A stretch of DNA of 63,689 nt, filler included, from Platydemus manokwari (Eukaryota): the NCBI GenBank assembly GCA_037951405.1. It is 5 parts of 5 records of this genome, joined end to end, with 100 filler letters (N's around TTAATTAATTAA, not from the genome) between each part and the next. Parts side by side here need not be neighbours in the genome. Positions count along the whole stretch, not along the records: positions 1 to 13,546 come from JBBMOY011694733.1; positions 13,647 to 32,860 come from JBBMOY010044457.1; 3 more parts are not named here. One strand, written 5' to 3'. Below, in pieces: positions 1 through 14,838 of the stretch (position 1 is the stretch's first letter; every line of letters starts with the position of its first letter). The notes beneath the pieces are model-generated. The model ran no database searches, was not told the DNA's origin, and worked only from the letters and a program-made list of their open reading frames with translations. Position numbers and translations under genes: made by a program.

Positions 1-67
<67 letters not shown>
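1..67. repeat. (TTA)n microsatellite at contig start
   Basis: Uninterrupted TTA trinucleotide run, followed by ATT-rich low-complexity sequence. Confidence 0.95.
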
Positions 68-68
<1 letters not shown>

Positions 69-1787
69 TTATTCATTATCATCATTGCTTTGGAAATTAT
101 TTTTGAAATTAATTTTATTATTATATACAATGATATAATGCTTACTATTATTAATAATAATCTTAGTTTTACTTAAATTTCAGTAGTTTTCATGTTTATA
201 ATGATTTCATAATAATTATTACTACTATTTATTACTTATATAATCTTATATTATTATCAACATTTTTATCCTAACAATTATTATTAATATTGTTCTAAAT
301 AACATTTTATAATAATATTATATAATAATATAATCCTATTATATATTTATATATTATCACTGTCACTGTCGTAAGAGCGTTGTTAAAAATACTGATAAAC
401 ATTGTTCAAATCCATTACATCATCTTATGAAAATGAGATAAGAAATAATAGCACATAATTTCCAAAACCATTTCACAGACAATATTATAAATCAGATAAA
501 TACAATGATCATCACAGAACATTGAAACAGCCCATATTGGATTTCAGAGTTCAATTATCGATCAAACATTTAATTCATAAAAAATTGAAGAAAAAAATTA
601 TTAAAAATTGAGTTACACAAATTGTCTTCTTAATCATTCCGGTATGGGTTATTATTTAAGATTAGATTAATTATCTAAATTCGTTAGGATCGACAATTAT
701 CTTTTGGTTTTGGTACAATTTTCTACCACAAACATGTTTTGAAAAAAATTATTTGTAATCAAATTTTTTGTTTTTAATTATTTTTTTGTTTATTGAAAAG
801 ATTTTTTTTATCTATTTGAACCAAATTTAAAACAATGGTATCAATTAATCAATATGTTTATTGACATAAATGTGTTATTATTGGTATTTGTCGTCGAATA
901 TGAAATATTGATTATACGATACCAGCTGGTAAAATTTTAATCATTTCAGTATAAAAATCTGACGAAAGAGAAATAATTTATTATGTTTAAGATAATAAAA
1001 GTTCGAAAGTTAGTTGCCCGATAACGAGGTGCAAGGAATAATGAAATATTGAGGTAATTAATTAGAAATATTAGATGTAAGTGTGAGTATGCATTTGACA
1101 AATAAATCGTAATATGCCTCTCATTTCACTTTTTTCTTCTAATTAATGAAGGTAAAACAGCTATTGATTAATAAAATTAGGATATAAATTATCATTTATG
1201 AGTTACCCACAAGTTTACAGGTTACACCTTTATACGTATGAGGATTTTACAATAAATTAATCTGAAAAAGATTCGCTCCAAGAATTATTATCGAAATAAT
1301 TTGCTTAAATAGACTTTTAGTTTTGTTACTTTTCAAATCGATTTCAATGTATCCCTTGAAATAGCAGCAGAATTAGTGATACATAATGTCAGCTGACGAA
1401 TTTCAGAGACGAAATTGAGAAGTCAAAATCTTATGACATCACTTTGAAAATATCAAGAGACAAAATGAATATAACCTCGAAGTTTAATTATAAGACCCTG
1501 GGGATTTAAGGAGTAATTTTAACGAAATAAATAACTACAGTAATCTTGACGCTGCTTCTTTCTATTTATTTACTTTAAGCTTCGCGCTCCTTAAACCTTA
1601 CATTCACTTTGTTTCTTCGCCAACCAGCTACTGCCTGTGACTTCTCGATAAGCCTCCCTAGATTATTTTAAAATATATACATTTCTATGGCTACTTAATG
1701 ATACTCGTTGATTCTCAGAACAATTTTACCGCAATGATATTGAAGTAATGATATTTATGTAAACAGCTGAAATTCAATAAAGCGTGT

Positions 1788-2343
1788 GGCTAAAGTTTAA
1801 AAAATGGGTCCTAAAATGAAATTTTGAATCTGTTGAGCGTATTTCAATAATCTATATAGTTTATTTAATTTTATTTTGTAAGAACATTTTGAATTTTTTA
1901 TTTTAGAATTTTAGTTATTCAAATACACTAGAGCTTAAAAATCTCCTAAAATTTGATTATTTGAAAAAAATGTAAAAGTAGGTCGATTTGCAATCTATTG
2001 ACAATTTGCGAAGATCACTTTTCTAACTCAATTTTTACAATTATTTTATAAAAATAACCAATGATATTATTAAACATGTCTGTAATTAACTAACTCGATT
2101 TTTAATTATAAAAAATTAAAAACTCAAATAATCATATGGAAGTGTTGTGATTAGAATGGGAACTTGGTTTTGGAACTATGTTTTGTCACTATTAGACATC
2201 TTAAAAAATGAGATATTAACTGAATTATACGAATAAATCAAACATAGCAGTTATATATAAAATTAAGTTATAAAATTATCTTATGTGCGAAAATTCATTG
2301 TAACAAAAATAGGTCAAAGTACCTTTTTTTCTTAACTTAAGCC
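1788..2343 (+). mobile_element. Merlin-family MITE (short subfamily), full length
   Basis: Starts GGCTAAAGTTTAAAAAATGGGTCC and ends GTACCTTTTTTTCTTAACTTAAGCC (imperfect ~24-bp TIRs). Interior is similar to the copies at 19348, 22232, 37708 and 60891. No TSD visible. Confidence 0.85.
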
Positions 2344-4140
2344 TAATATTTCAATAGGAATTTCTTAACAATTTTAATTCCCTCTCTAACGCTGACATTT
2401 TATACCTGGACCAGCAGCATGACAAGTGGTAAACGGCATTGTTTTTACTGTTTTATATAATCGGATTTTGTTAGTGTATATAATAATTTTATTAAAAAAA
2501 TTCCAGACTATTCTCAGTAGAATCATTTATAACTTACGATCTGCAGTCTCATTATCGTGTATCGTTATTTATAAAAATATCAAATGGAAAATAAATTGTC
2601 AAAGTCTCTTGAGTTTATTAGAGTATGACAATAAATCTTTAAGGAGTTTACACTTTATTATTTCGATAAAATCGAAAGTTCATTCTCAATTATTATGAAA
2701 GATCACTTGAAAAGAAAACATTCTAAGTGAATGAGCGAAGAACAACAAATTAAAGTGTCAAGCAAGTTGTGATAATTAAATTGAATATATATCATTAATA
2801 TCTTTGATCATTAGTTTCATTCGATTTTTACGTTGAATGTTTGCTTCTCGACAGAGTCATTGGTTCAAGATTCCCTCTGTGATTATTCTATGTGGAACTA
2901 ATGAAATTATTTCGTGAGGATAAAAAAAGAAGAAATGAAAATAAAATAGATTTGAGATCTTTTAAAAAAGACATTTCCCCCTAATATCATCTTTTAACGG
3001 ACACGTAATGTGCAATGATAATGGCGTTTGCTGTGTTGTTTTTACAAATAATAAAAAGTGATTTTGTTTGTTTATTCGCATCGATTAAAAAGCTAAAATA
3101 AAATGAATGAAAAAAATATGAGAAATATTTAAAACGATATCGATACATTATTATCGATTATTGTTAGTAACAGATATTGATGTTTTAAATGATCATTGAA
3201 TGCTGATTTGCTTTATTTCACGAATTTTTTTCCACTCTACATATTTAATAGATGGTAAACATAAAATGTAAAAACATTTAATTATGATGATGACAACGGT
3301 GGAATGTATTGCCGAAGAGATTTATGCGATTTGTTGAAATCCATCATCCATAGTTAATTACAAAAAAATTCATTCTTCAAACAAGCTTATGGTTAATTTG
3401 ATTTAAGATTTTATTGTTCCAGTTTGGTAAGACGGGAATCTCTTCAGAAATACTGAAGAAAATCGCGATTTAAATTCCAAAATCAATATTTTATTAATAT
3501 TTTTAAATTTTTTTAAAATTTAATAAAAAAAATATTTTTTAAATAATGATTTTCAAATGGATTGATTTTAACATTGAAAAGGGAATTTCGATTAAATTCC
3601 CATTTCACTCTATCGATATTAAAATAAACTAATCAATATTTTAAGCTTTATAATTTGAAAGAAAATTACTAATTCTTACAGGGGGCTGAATTTGGCCCAA
3701 GCCACTAAATGTTCTTTCGGTTGCACTGAGCCATGAGTATTTGAATTTCGAAAACTGATGATCAAATAGAATTTCAAAATAATCACTTCGAATAAGAAAC
3801 AACCGAATAAGGTATTCATTTTGTTTTCCGAATTAGAATTTCATACTGAACTGATTTATAAAGCATTGATTTCAATGTTAGACTTATTGTTTTAAATGTC
3901 GATTTCTATTGGTTGAAAATTTCAAAGTAAAACTACTGGTTGTGTTATTCATAATAGGATATTAAGTAGAAAATTAATAATTGAAATTTAGAGTGAAAAT
4001 TTACTTCTATTTTCGATAGGCACTTTGTACAATGAGCAAAAGCTTTCCAGTTATTAGACTGACGCCAACAGTTTTGTTTTTAGTCATTAATTTTTTCAAA
4101 AATATTGATCAGTAAATCCCATAAAGAACATTGATAATTA

Positions 4141-4160
4141 AGAGAGAGAGAGAGAGAGAG
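4141..4160. repeat. (AG)n microsatellite
   Basis: (AG)10 run. Confidence 0.9.
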
Positions 4161-4663
4161 AAATATAACTCTCTATCAACATCAGACTGAATAAAACTAG
4201 TAAGTACGAATTGTCGTTTTTTTCAACAATAAATTTCCTTGTTATCCAAAAAATTGGGAAATAAATCGAATTAACCAATCTTCAATTTTCTGGTACAAAT
4301 ATTTGTAAAATGAGAACGAAAATCAGAGCATTCATATGAATTGTGAGAGTGATGTAAATAGAATATATAAAATAATCTTGGTAATAATAATAATAATTAT
4401 TATTATTATCATTATCGATTGGAATATTATATTTATCTTCTCTTTAATTATATTAGAAAAGGAAATTTTTTTCATTTATTGAATATCAATATTGGTTTGA
4501 AATTTTCTAATAATTATCAGGTATGCAATATTTATCTACATTATGTTCCAAAAATGTGTAAACTTTGTCTTTTAGGTATCAAGATAAAAATTCCATTTGT
4601 GTGATGTCTTGCATACCGAATATTAGAGAAGACTTTGAAGATGGAATCCTATCAAATATATAA

Positions 4664-4729
4664 TTTGGACGAAGAGGCTTGCTTGAATACCCTCCACGTT
4701 CACCAGACCTCACTTCGCAAGGCTTCTGA
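4664..4729 (+). mobile_element. Tc1/mariner (maT DD37D / rosa DD41D-like) transposase fragment
   Basis: Translates FGRRGLLEYPPRSPDLTSQGF*, matching the family motif WIGRgG..(W/Y)PPRSPDLtPlDF. Confidence 0.75.
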
Positions 4730-4998
4730 TCATCATATCATTAACATGCTTGTTAAGATCCTATCAACGAGAATCTCTCTTTGCGGTGGCTTTTTGTGAT
4801 GTTTTGCCTTGCTGAAAATAAAGCTAGTCATCTCAAAAGTTGCTTCTAATACTTGACATGCAGACAACATACCGTTTGACTTTTTTTATCTTAATAAGTA
4901 AAAGTCAAAGACTACGTTATGAGAATTTCTGGATGGAGAAAAGTCACGGAACGTGAAAACAGACAAATATCTATGGAATTGTTTCGTGATGTGCATAA

Positions 4999-5617
4999 TC
5001 GAGAAAATAAAAATTGAATTACATTTTTTCAGGTTTAATTTTACATAAAATTGTATTATTTTATTTCATTAATTGTGTTTGAGTACATTTTTAGTGCCGT
5101 GTCTTTTCATTTTGTTTTCGATAGAGTTTTATATAAAATGGTAGCTGGTTACAGGACCACCAAGCAAGTGGATTTGATTCTGAGAAGATCATTAAATTTA
5201 AATTATGGGAAAGAAGAAGCAAGATATTGAGACTATATAAAGAAAATACAAAGAAGATGTAGAGAAGTTATAAAGGAGATCGATAGAGGAAATGTAAATT
5301 AAATATAAAGAAAATATATAGAGAGAATATAGATTAAATTCAGATAAGATATATTAGAGAAGATATATAATAGAGAAGACATAAAAAGATGAAGAATTAG
5401 ATATTTTTACGTAAATAAGAATGAAGAGTATTCGATACAATGTCAATTAAGACGGCAAAGTAAATTAAAGGGGAATGTGAGAATGTTAAAATTAAATTAA
5501 CTTTTGGAAGATATAATTTTATATAAAATTATATTAATTTGTTTAAATAATTCCACTTAAACCTATTTTTAGTGTTGTGTCTTTTCAGACTTTTTCTTTT
5601 TATCGTGTTTTATAAAA
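4999..5617 (+). mobile_element. TRIM-like miniature LTR retroelement, copy A
   Basis: Diverged direct repeats of ~140 bp (about 4999-5138 and 5476-5617). PBS-like TGGTAGC at 5139. Purine tract AAAGGGGAA directly before the TGTGAGAA start of the 3' repeat. Purine-rich non-coding interior shared with copies at 24801, 37180 and 52547. Confidence 0.7.
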
Positions 5618-8600
5618 AACCAAACCAAAACTGATGTGATGTAATCATTATATTTTATCATAATCTGAATCATATTTAGAGGAATTAATTACTGTACGAA
5701 CGGTTACTCATTAATAAAGTTTTAAGTGGAGATAACCAACAACAAATCCAAATGACTCCTAGGATATACAGTGTTGCAGCTAAACACTCGATTGAATCAA
5801 TAATCACTGACAAATCATAAATCAAGACATCAGCTTGTCAAAAACGACTCCTTAATGCAAACTAGACGGTGGCAAATCATCAATAATAAATTTATCATTG
5901 ATTTTCAACACTGATTTATCATCAATTCATTATATTGATTAAATTTTGGAAAATAACACCTCATTTATTGATAAATGTTTCTATATTTATCCTGATACTA
6001 AATATAGCAGAGAAAATTTGTTATACTTTTTGCATTTAGAAGTTGTTAATATCATTGGTGTGAATTTCTAAACCCAATCGAAGTTTTACATTTTAAAGGC
6101 AAAAAGATATTTCCCGGCCGTACCATGTGTGTGATTTCAAGAGAATCATCACATGATTTTTGCCTGAAATTTCTTTTACTCGTCACTTTTATCAAATCTT
6201 GATAAACCAGAGTTTTACTTGGTGTAAAAGTAAGTAAATTATCATTATTTTTAAAAATTTTCAATTTCTGAATCGGTATGAATATAAAAATGAATCGCAA
6301 ATCTATCATCACTACGAATAGACAGAACAGCCGCAATAAATGCAAATCATTTTATTACAGCATTTCGACACCAAATTAGATCGACTTATATCATTACTAC
6401 AATTAAACACGCACAATAGAGAATTCGATACAGAGAAATAAAGAATATATATATCATTGCAGATAGAGGTTTTAGAAAAGAAATAGAGAATTCGATAAAA
6501 TTAATTTAAATAAAATTATATTGATATTATAAAATATAATTTATCGGTTTTGTTTGTTTGGATTTTTCTATGAAATATATTTATTAGGTTGAAATTCTTA
6601 AATGTTTATCAATTTCTTTTAAACAAAAATAGTCACATTGATAATATACCATCGTCCTTACCGATGAAAGAACGTTCCGATTAATCATGTAAATTCTCCT
6701 TAGTATTTGTCTTTGAACCTTTATAATTTCATTTTGTTTTCCTTGAATATCACCTAATTTATCCTTACCACAGCATTATTATTAACATTTGGGTTATAAT
6801 TTTCCAAATTATCGTTCATTAAAAAGAAAACTTCGTATTAAAATCCTGTGAACTGAAATCTTAAAATGATTTTGCTTTCGATTTTGATCTGATTCTGTCC
6901 TGTTTTCTCAATGAATTCCGTCAACATTACATACATGCAAATAATGTTTTTAACAGGCCAGACCATTTGTGGGCAGATTTGATAATTCTAGTTATTCCAC
7001 AAAAATGAGGACAGTGAACAATAAACGAGAATCCTAAATCGATTAATTAAAATGAAGTTCCAGAAACCAATATGCAGCTTTACTAAAGATAAAATGCACA
7101 TCTCAGTTTTTTTGAGATTATTTTTTAATAAATGAAGATAGATGTCTTGAAAACAATGTTCACAGTTTCCAAACAAGTTCATTCTTTACAATTACTTGAA
7201 GTTTCGTTACTTATAATAAACAAAATTGTATTTTATTGACTCTCTGTTCTTTAGATTTGAGAGTGATAATAATTTATTAACATAGATATTAGAAGTGCTG
7301 ACAATACTCTGAAATGAGAACGATTGAATGAAAATGGCACTCATCGATACATATACTTTTGTTTTTTGTGAGTAATATTCATTGGAATTAATTGATAATT
7401 ATTTATACATCAATGATATCTCATCGATACCAATAATAAAACCGACACACAATGGCAAAAATAATTCTGAAATAATTTGTAGAAAAGTTTTTGTTAACTT
7501 CTCCAACTCTTGAGTAAGTTAATGAATTAAATAAAAATAGATATCTAGAACGATTTTATTGTTACTCTGGGAAAACTGAACAGGTTAATGGATTTTTGAG
7601 AATTTATTGATCAAAATAATATTTTTAATTTGAGAATTGCATATTTTTTATCTAATTTGCTGATAGATATTTAAGCGCATCAAATTGAACGATATCTATT
7701 TTCAAAGAATGTTCAAATGATAGATTATCAATTGACCTAAATGGACAAATGATTGAGGGCATCATTATTTATTTATTTATTTATCGATATATGTTTTTCA
7801 TATTGGAAAGATTTAAGGTAACATAATAAGTGTTAAATATTGAGATTGTCTTTGTAATTAATGATGTTCTACACATCGATATGGTTCATCGATTGTCGCA
7901 GCAGTTCGAGAAAATCGTCCAATATCTCCAAATTCAAAATGGACTGTCTTTCATCATAATAATCCAAGATCTCTCACATAACAATACTGACTCAATGCAA
8001 ATTAAGGAAATGAAATGGAATATTTATATTAACCCAGCATACTGACCCTATTTTGGCTTTCTATTTGTTAAATTCTTTACAAAACATCCCGTGAAACTTC
8101 AAAAATAATTCAGGATTATCTTTTTACAAAAACACAAACTACTATATCTGCCAGAATGTTGAAATCAATTTCTTAAAATGATGGAGATTAAATAAAAGAT
8201 TTGAATAACTTTTTAATAGAATCTTATCGAGCTGTATGCGATCTACGATTAAAATCATCACTTTATTGGATGTTGAATAAAATAATAATATTTCCCGGTG
8301 ATTTTCAAATTGTGAGAAACTAATAATAATTTAAAATAATTTAAAATTTAATAATTTTAATAAAAATAAATTTAATTACAATTATAATAATTCAATAATA
8401 AGTTTCAAAATAAAAAATAATATTTTAAAATTTTGTTAAACTATTTAATGAAGTAATTTTAACTATTTTATAAAGTAATTATTAAGTAATTTAGATATTT
8501 TTATCTATATACCTGATTAAGATTGAAAACTGAAGCTCTCTAGAAAAATATTTTTAAAAAGGGTTTAAATTTGTATTAAAATTGTTTGATTTGTTTGTAT

Positions 8601-10949
8601 GAAATAATAGTTAAGGAAATCGTAATAATTAAGTCCTTTGTTGAACCAGCAATTTCAAGCGAAGTAGCAATTACTAACACAAATCATTAAAAACAACAAA
8701 ATTGTCACATTTATGAAGTGATCATATTTTCAATTTATTTTCAAATAATCGAAAAATATCAAAATATTTTTAAAAATATACATTTATATCGGTATTATCA
8801 TCGAAAAATTGAGAAAACCTTCTCGATTGTCACCCCAGAATTCGTAGAGAATTGAATAATTTGATCAAGAAACAATGAAATTTTGTAGATTCATACTTTG
8901 TGTTTTTAAAACTTTCAGCAAAAATACGCATGATAGCAATTGTTTTATTTTCCATTCTTCAATAATCCTACAAATTAAATACCTAAAAGCTCAACACTCC
9001 TGAAGGTTTGACAGGAAGAATCGAGAATAGCATTTGAAATCAAATATGAAAACACAAATTTCATATCTGGTTAATACAATACACAAAATTAATGATGTCC
9101 ACTTACAATTTAATATTAAATCCGGGATGAATAGTGATTCTAAATGTTTCAGAATAAAAATCAAATTACAGAGTTATTTAATAAAATATTTATGAAAATA
9201 AGTGAAATATATTCGAACCAGTTCCTTGGTAATATCTTAATAAAAACTAGAGCACAGATATCGATAATAAAATCTTAATTTAAATACATTTAGTCATTTT
9301 TCATAATAATTATGATATTAAATTATTAAAAAGACTTTGATAAGAATCATTGTTTATCTAGCGTTTGTTAATGTGACTTTTTTAAAAATTTTCATCAAGT
9401 TTACTGGTGGTTTATATCAACTCTGCTGAGTCCCACCAGTGTTCCAGATGTAATTTTATATATTAGTCAACCATCGGTATAAGTGTTCATTAACACCAGC
9501 TCCTCCTCCTCCTCAATCACCAATCTAGAGATTTGTAAAAACTAGAAATACAAATCGAAACAATTTAAAAATAAATTTTATTCTGAGACAACGCATTGCA
9601 ATGCATGTGTTTGAGTTTTATAAAATGTATTTATGAATATCATACCCGATAGGATAGCTATCTAATTGTTAAATTGCATAATTAACTTGAAAAATAATAT
9701 TTATAATAATAAATGTTTATAATTACTGAACTAAATAATGCAAATAAATTGTATTTTAAATATAGTAGAGATGGTTATATTTACAATTGTGAAATACTAG
9801 ACAGACGGACACATTGGTGAAAAAATTGACAGAGAGAAACTTTATAGAAGAGAGGCTTATCAATTTAAATTTGGACCTGAGGGTTCCAAAATAAATAACA
9901 GTTGCTTATCATTGTACATGGTTTCTTGATTAAATTATAAGGAAATATTTCTTGATAGTCGTAAATAATTTTGAATTTGAAAACAATCGCAAAAATATAA
10001 TTCATAGATTATTTTGGTTTGGAAAAAATGCTTCACTTGTGATCCTTCACAATGACAGTTTTTTGAACAAAAAGAAGACCTTCGCTAATATCAATCAATA
10101 TTTCGTAGAGTAATGATGTATAAAGTCAATTTTTATGCTATAATGAGCTTAGTTTTGCCGGTAAATTCTTGTCCTAGATTGTTATTTGAGTCCTTGTTTA
10201 TATAATATAATACATGCCTTCGTATGAGCTCCTTATGCGTAAGGTGTTGTGCAATTTTTAGTAATATAGATTACTATTTTTAGTAAAATTTGTTATTTAT
10301 AGTAGCATTTGTTACTAATATATTTTCAGTCATTATTTATAGAACTTTGTCAGTTTTATCTGTCCCTAAATTTGTTTTTGATAAAAAATCGAATTTGTCT
10401 TGTAATAAAAAATGATTTGTTTGTTTTGATTTCACATATTTTTTTATAATTATTTTTTATCGTACTTTTGATTTTAGATTGTAATCGGTTTTACAATGCT
10501 GTTTTGTTCCTATCTGAGCTATCGTCAGAACAATATGAACAAATGAGACATGAAAAAATGGTAAACAATCTCTTAGAAATAAAACTAAATGTTTTATAAT
10601 TTTATAATTATATCATTAGACTGATAATATCATGATTACTTCTTATTTCCTCATCAAAACAGAGGCGTGACAATAGTGTACTCAAAAATTACAAGATTAA
10701 CACAAAATTAGCATTTAAATATTATTTTATAATTAATTTAAAATAGACAAGGCCTGATCAATCATTTATAAGTTTATTGGAGCCCTTACAAACTTTGGTT
10801 AGCAACATGATGCTCTCAACCAGTCAAATTGCCTCATCAGTCCCAGGAACCGAGAAATTTAAAATTATAGTAAGGAAAATTAATTAATTTATAAAATTAT
10901 CACCTAATTTTAACATTTTTTTGTAAAATCTGCAAAAATATACACAAAA

Positions 10950-11028
10950 TTGAGTTATAAAATTATTTCATTACCGAAAATTCATCATAATGAAATAAGA
11001 TCAAAGTACCCCTTTTTTAACTTAATCC
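10950..11028 (+). mobile_element. Merlin MITE right-end fragment
   Basis: Ends GATCAAAGTACCCCTTTTTTAACTTAATCC, matching the right end of the copy at 1788-2343. Confidence 0.7.
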
Positions 11029-12582
11029 ATATTTTTATTTCAAGTAAATTTAAATAACCGATTTTTTTTCATTTCATAATCAAGATTAAAATAGACTTTA
11101 TGATTTGAATAATTTTCTTTCCACAAATCGTTCTTAAAATGTTTATTTTAGAAATTCTTGGAAAAATATTTTACAAAAATCTTTGAAATTGGTTTTGTTG
11201 TATTGTCGATGGGAGGGTATCATGTTATGGAACTTGAAATACTTTCAAAACACGTGCTCACAACCAATGATAAGTTTATATTAGTTAAATGGATTAAGTC
11301 TACCAGTTGAATATGGTTTATAAATGTCAACGAATCAATCAATAAATCTTCGCAACCCTTTAAATCAATGGTTTCAATCAATTATTTCTGGAACATTTTA
11401 TTGTAAATAGATTAATTGCGTCCCAATGAATTTTGTGAGCAGCACATAATTGATTATAATTCCACATTTATTATCTATAAATATATTATCGGATATCAAT
11501 CGAAATGTTGATTATATGACTATTTTGAGTGATATTTTTATATTAGTGATTTTATTTAACTTATTATTTAGCTAAATTAGATGCCGAAAATAAAAATTCT
11601 AAAATTAAAGTCAACATTTCCAAACGAAACATTTTTGGTAGATATCAAATCAATTGAAAATTCAAAACAATAAACAGCGAAGCTCAGTGAACAAATCGAT
11701 ATTTCTAACTTTTAAATTTGAAAATTCTTAACTGGGGCTTTTAAATTTTGGTCACACTTTAAACTGAAACTTTCTGAAAATATTGATTCGTCAATTACTG
11801 ATTTCGTTACAAGAAAAAATATTAATTCTCAACTGAAGGAAGCAAATTAATTTTTCATTTAAAATAATAGTAGAGATCTAAATAATCATAAATCTCCACT
11901 GGATACACTGATGAAGATAATGGAAAAATTAAAAGGTTTAATTGGATACTGTTTCCCTTATTCTTTATTTCACGTAACCAAGGCCAACCAATGATTTGAT
12001 TTATATATAATCATATTTTAATTGTAACATTAGCTCCGTGAATGGAAATATTGCAGAAAATTAAATAGTCTGGTTAAAAGTTTATAAGTTATTTTTACAA
12101 GAAATTGTCTAGAATTATGAGTGATGATTTATGGGAATTTTTAAATGTTTTTCTTATTTATTGTCACCCATTTTTCAAATCTGTTCTGACTTTTCTAAAA
12201 TTTTAGTGGTTTTGATATTGTTGGAATCGAATAAAATATTCTAATGTCAAGTTAATATCAAGTTAAAAAACTAGCCAACCCCTTTAATAGCACTGACATC
12301 GATTTTTGTGATGTGCTTGGATAATTAGTTTTGAAGTGAAGTGACACAAACATTGCTATTATCAATGGCTGACTGTTGTATTAATTACTATATTATTATC
12401 GTTCTATTTATCTATTTAAAATAAGTCGTAATAAAGAGACGCCTTCGTATCAAAAAGGCGTCGCATACTATAAAGAGTGCCTTAATATATATACACTGCT
12501 ATTTTTCCATTTAAAGAATTATTAACTGTCTCTGTTTATATGGTTTAAGACACCTATCCATAAATATAGGCATGTATATGTA

Positions 12583-12700
12583 CAAGGTGTACCACAAAGT
12601 ACTTCCCCAACCAAATTTTTCTGAAATTCATTGAATCATTTAAATTTCTATTCTTTCTATCTCAATAAATTCTAATCGCTTTAAAATTCAGATTGACTAT
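12583..12700 (+). mobile_element. Possible Tc1/mariner terminal inverted repeat remnant
   Basis: TA|CAAGGTGTACCACAAAGT resembles TA|CAGGGTGT-type mariner termini. No partner TIR found. Confidence 0.35.
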
Positions 12701-13344
12701 CACTTCATTAAAACACAAAAATACATCCCAACGCTCAAAGCATTCACAGGATGGTTCATGACAGCTTGCCAAAAGGCGTGTATGTTGCATGAGTATTATA
12801 AAAGAGAAATCAACTTTTACTTTGATGAGACTTACAAGGTATTCAAGACTAAAAACCCAAGAATTCAGGGTAAAAGCAAAATTATCTATAAAAATATAAT
12901 ATCTTATGTCAAGGATTCAGAAATCTAAGGCACTATAATTGAGAAATGTATTGAAATAGAGAGTGTGTCCGAAAAATGAAACCATATGATATTGTAATGA
13001 TCATTGGATCAATGGATCAGATGCATTACGACCAAGTTAAATCATAGTGACCCATTGCCCTTCTAATTTGCGAATATTATATAAGAAATTGGATCTGAAA
13101 AGTCTTGATCCATTTTCTTTTGTGTGTAATCTTGGAAAACTGTTGTGATAAGAGAATCAACATTCTACTTTCTTGGATATTGAAGAAGCTTTTTTTACGA
13201 AACTCGAATATAAAGGAATTACAGAAAAGATCATGGACATTCTTCGTAGTCGCTACCCTAATTGTAGCATCCTATCAAGATCACCAAGGATATCCGACAA
13301 GATTGTCCCATTTAAATGTTGCTCTTCAACATCAAAATCAAATA

Positions 13345-13546
13345 TCTAGTAGTAAAAAGTGAGCCTTATCTTTTGTCTTATGTATGAAGATAACATAGCA
13401 ATCTTTCTTTTGTGGTTCTCCCTTTTTCTTCTCATCATATCTAGCTTTCAGTTGTTTTTCAATATTCTTTTGATTCTGTTTTCTCTGATTCTCTAACTGA
13501 TGTCCATTTATGTCTTCTTCCACAATTTGTCTTTCTTGCCATTCTT
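13345..13546 (-). mobile_element. Possible Ty3/gypsy integrase C-terminal remnant (cut by gap)
   Basis: ORF reads QKNIEKQLKARYDEKKKGEPQKKDCYVIFI, resembling the 'Q..K..YD....f.vGD.V' segment after the integrase core. Confidence 0.3.
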
Positions 13547-13646
13547 NNNNNNNNNNNNNNNNNNNNNNNNNNNNNNNNNNNNNNNNNNNNTTAATTAATT
13601 AANNNNNNNNNNNNNNNNNNNNNNNNNNNNNNNNNNNNNNNNNNNN
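13547..13646. other. Assembly gap/spacer (N44-TTAATTAATTAA-N44)
   Basis: The identical 100-nt construct occurs four times; the linker puts stops in all six frames. Confidence 0.97.
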
Positions 13647-13649
13647 ATT

Positions 13650-14838
<1,189 letters not shown>

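Noticed and set aside
2670-2730. SIIMKDHLKRKH, resembling the end of a BED zinc finger
   Set aside because: No upstream CxxC in a usable frame and no hAT catalytic motifs nearby.
6600-8320. Coding-like decayed sequence on the minus strand
   Set aside because: Many stops in every frame and no family motif could be recognised.
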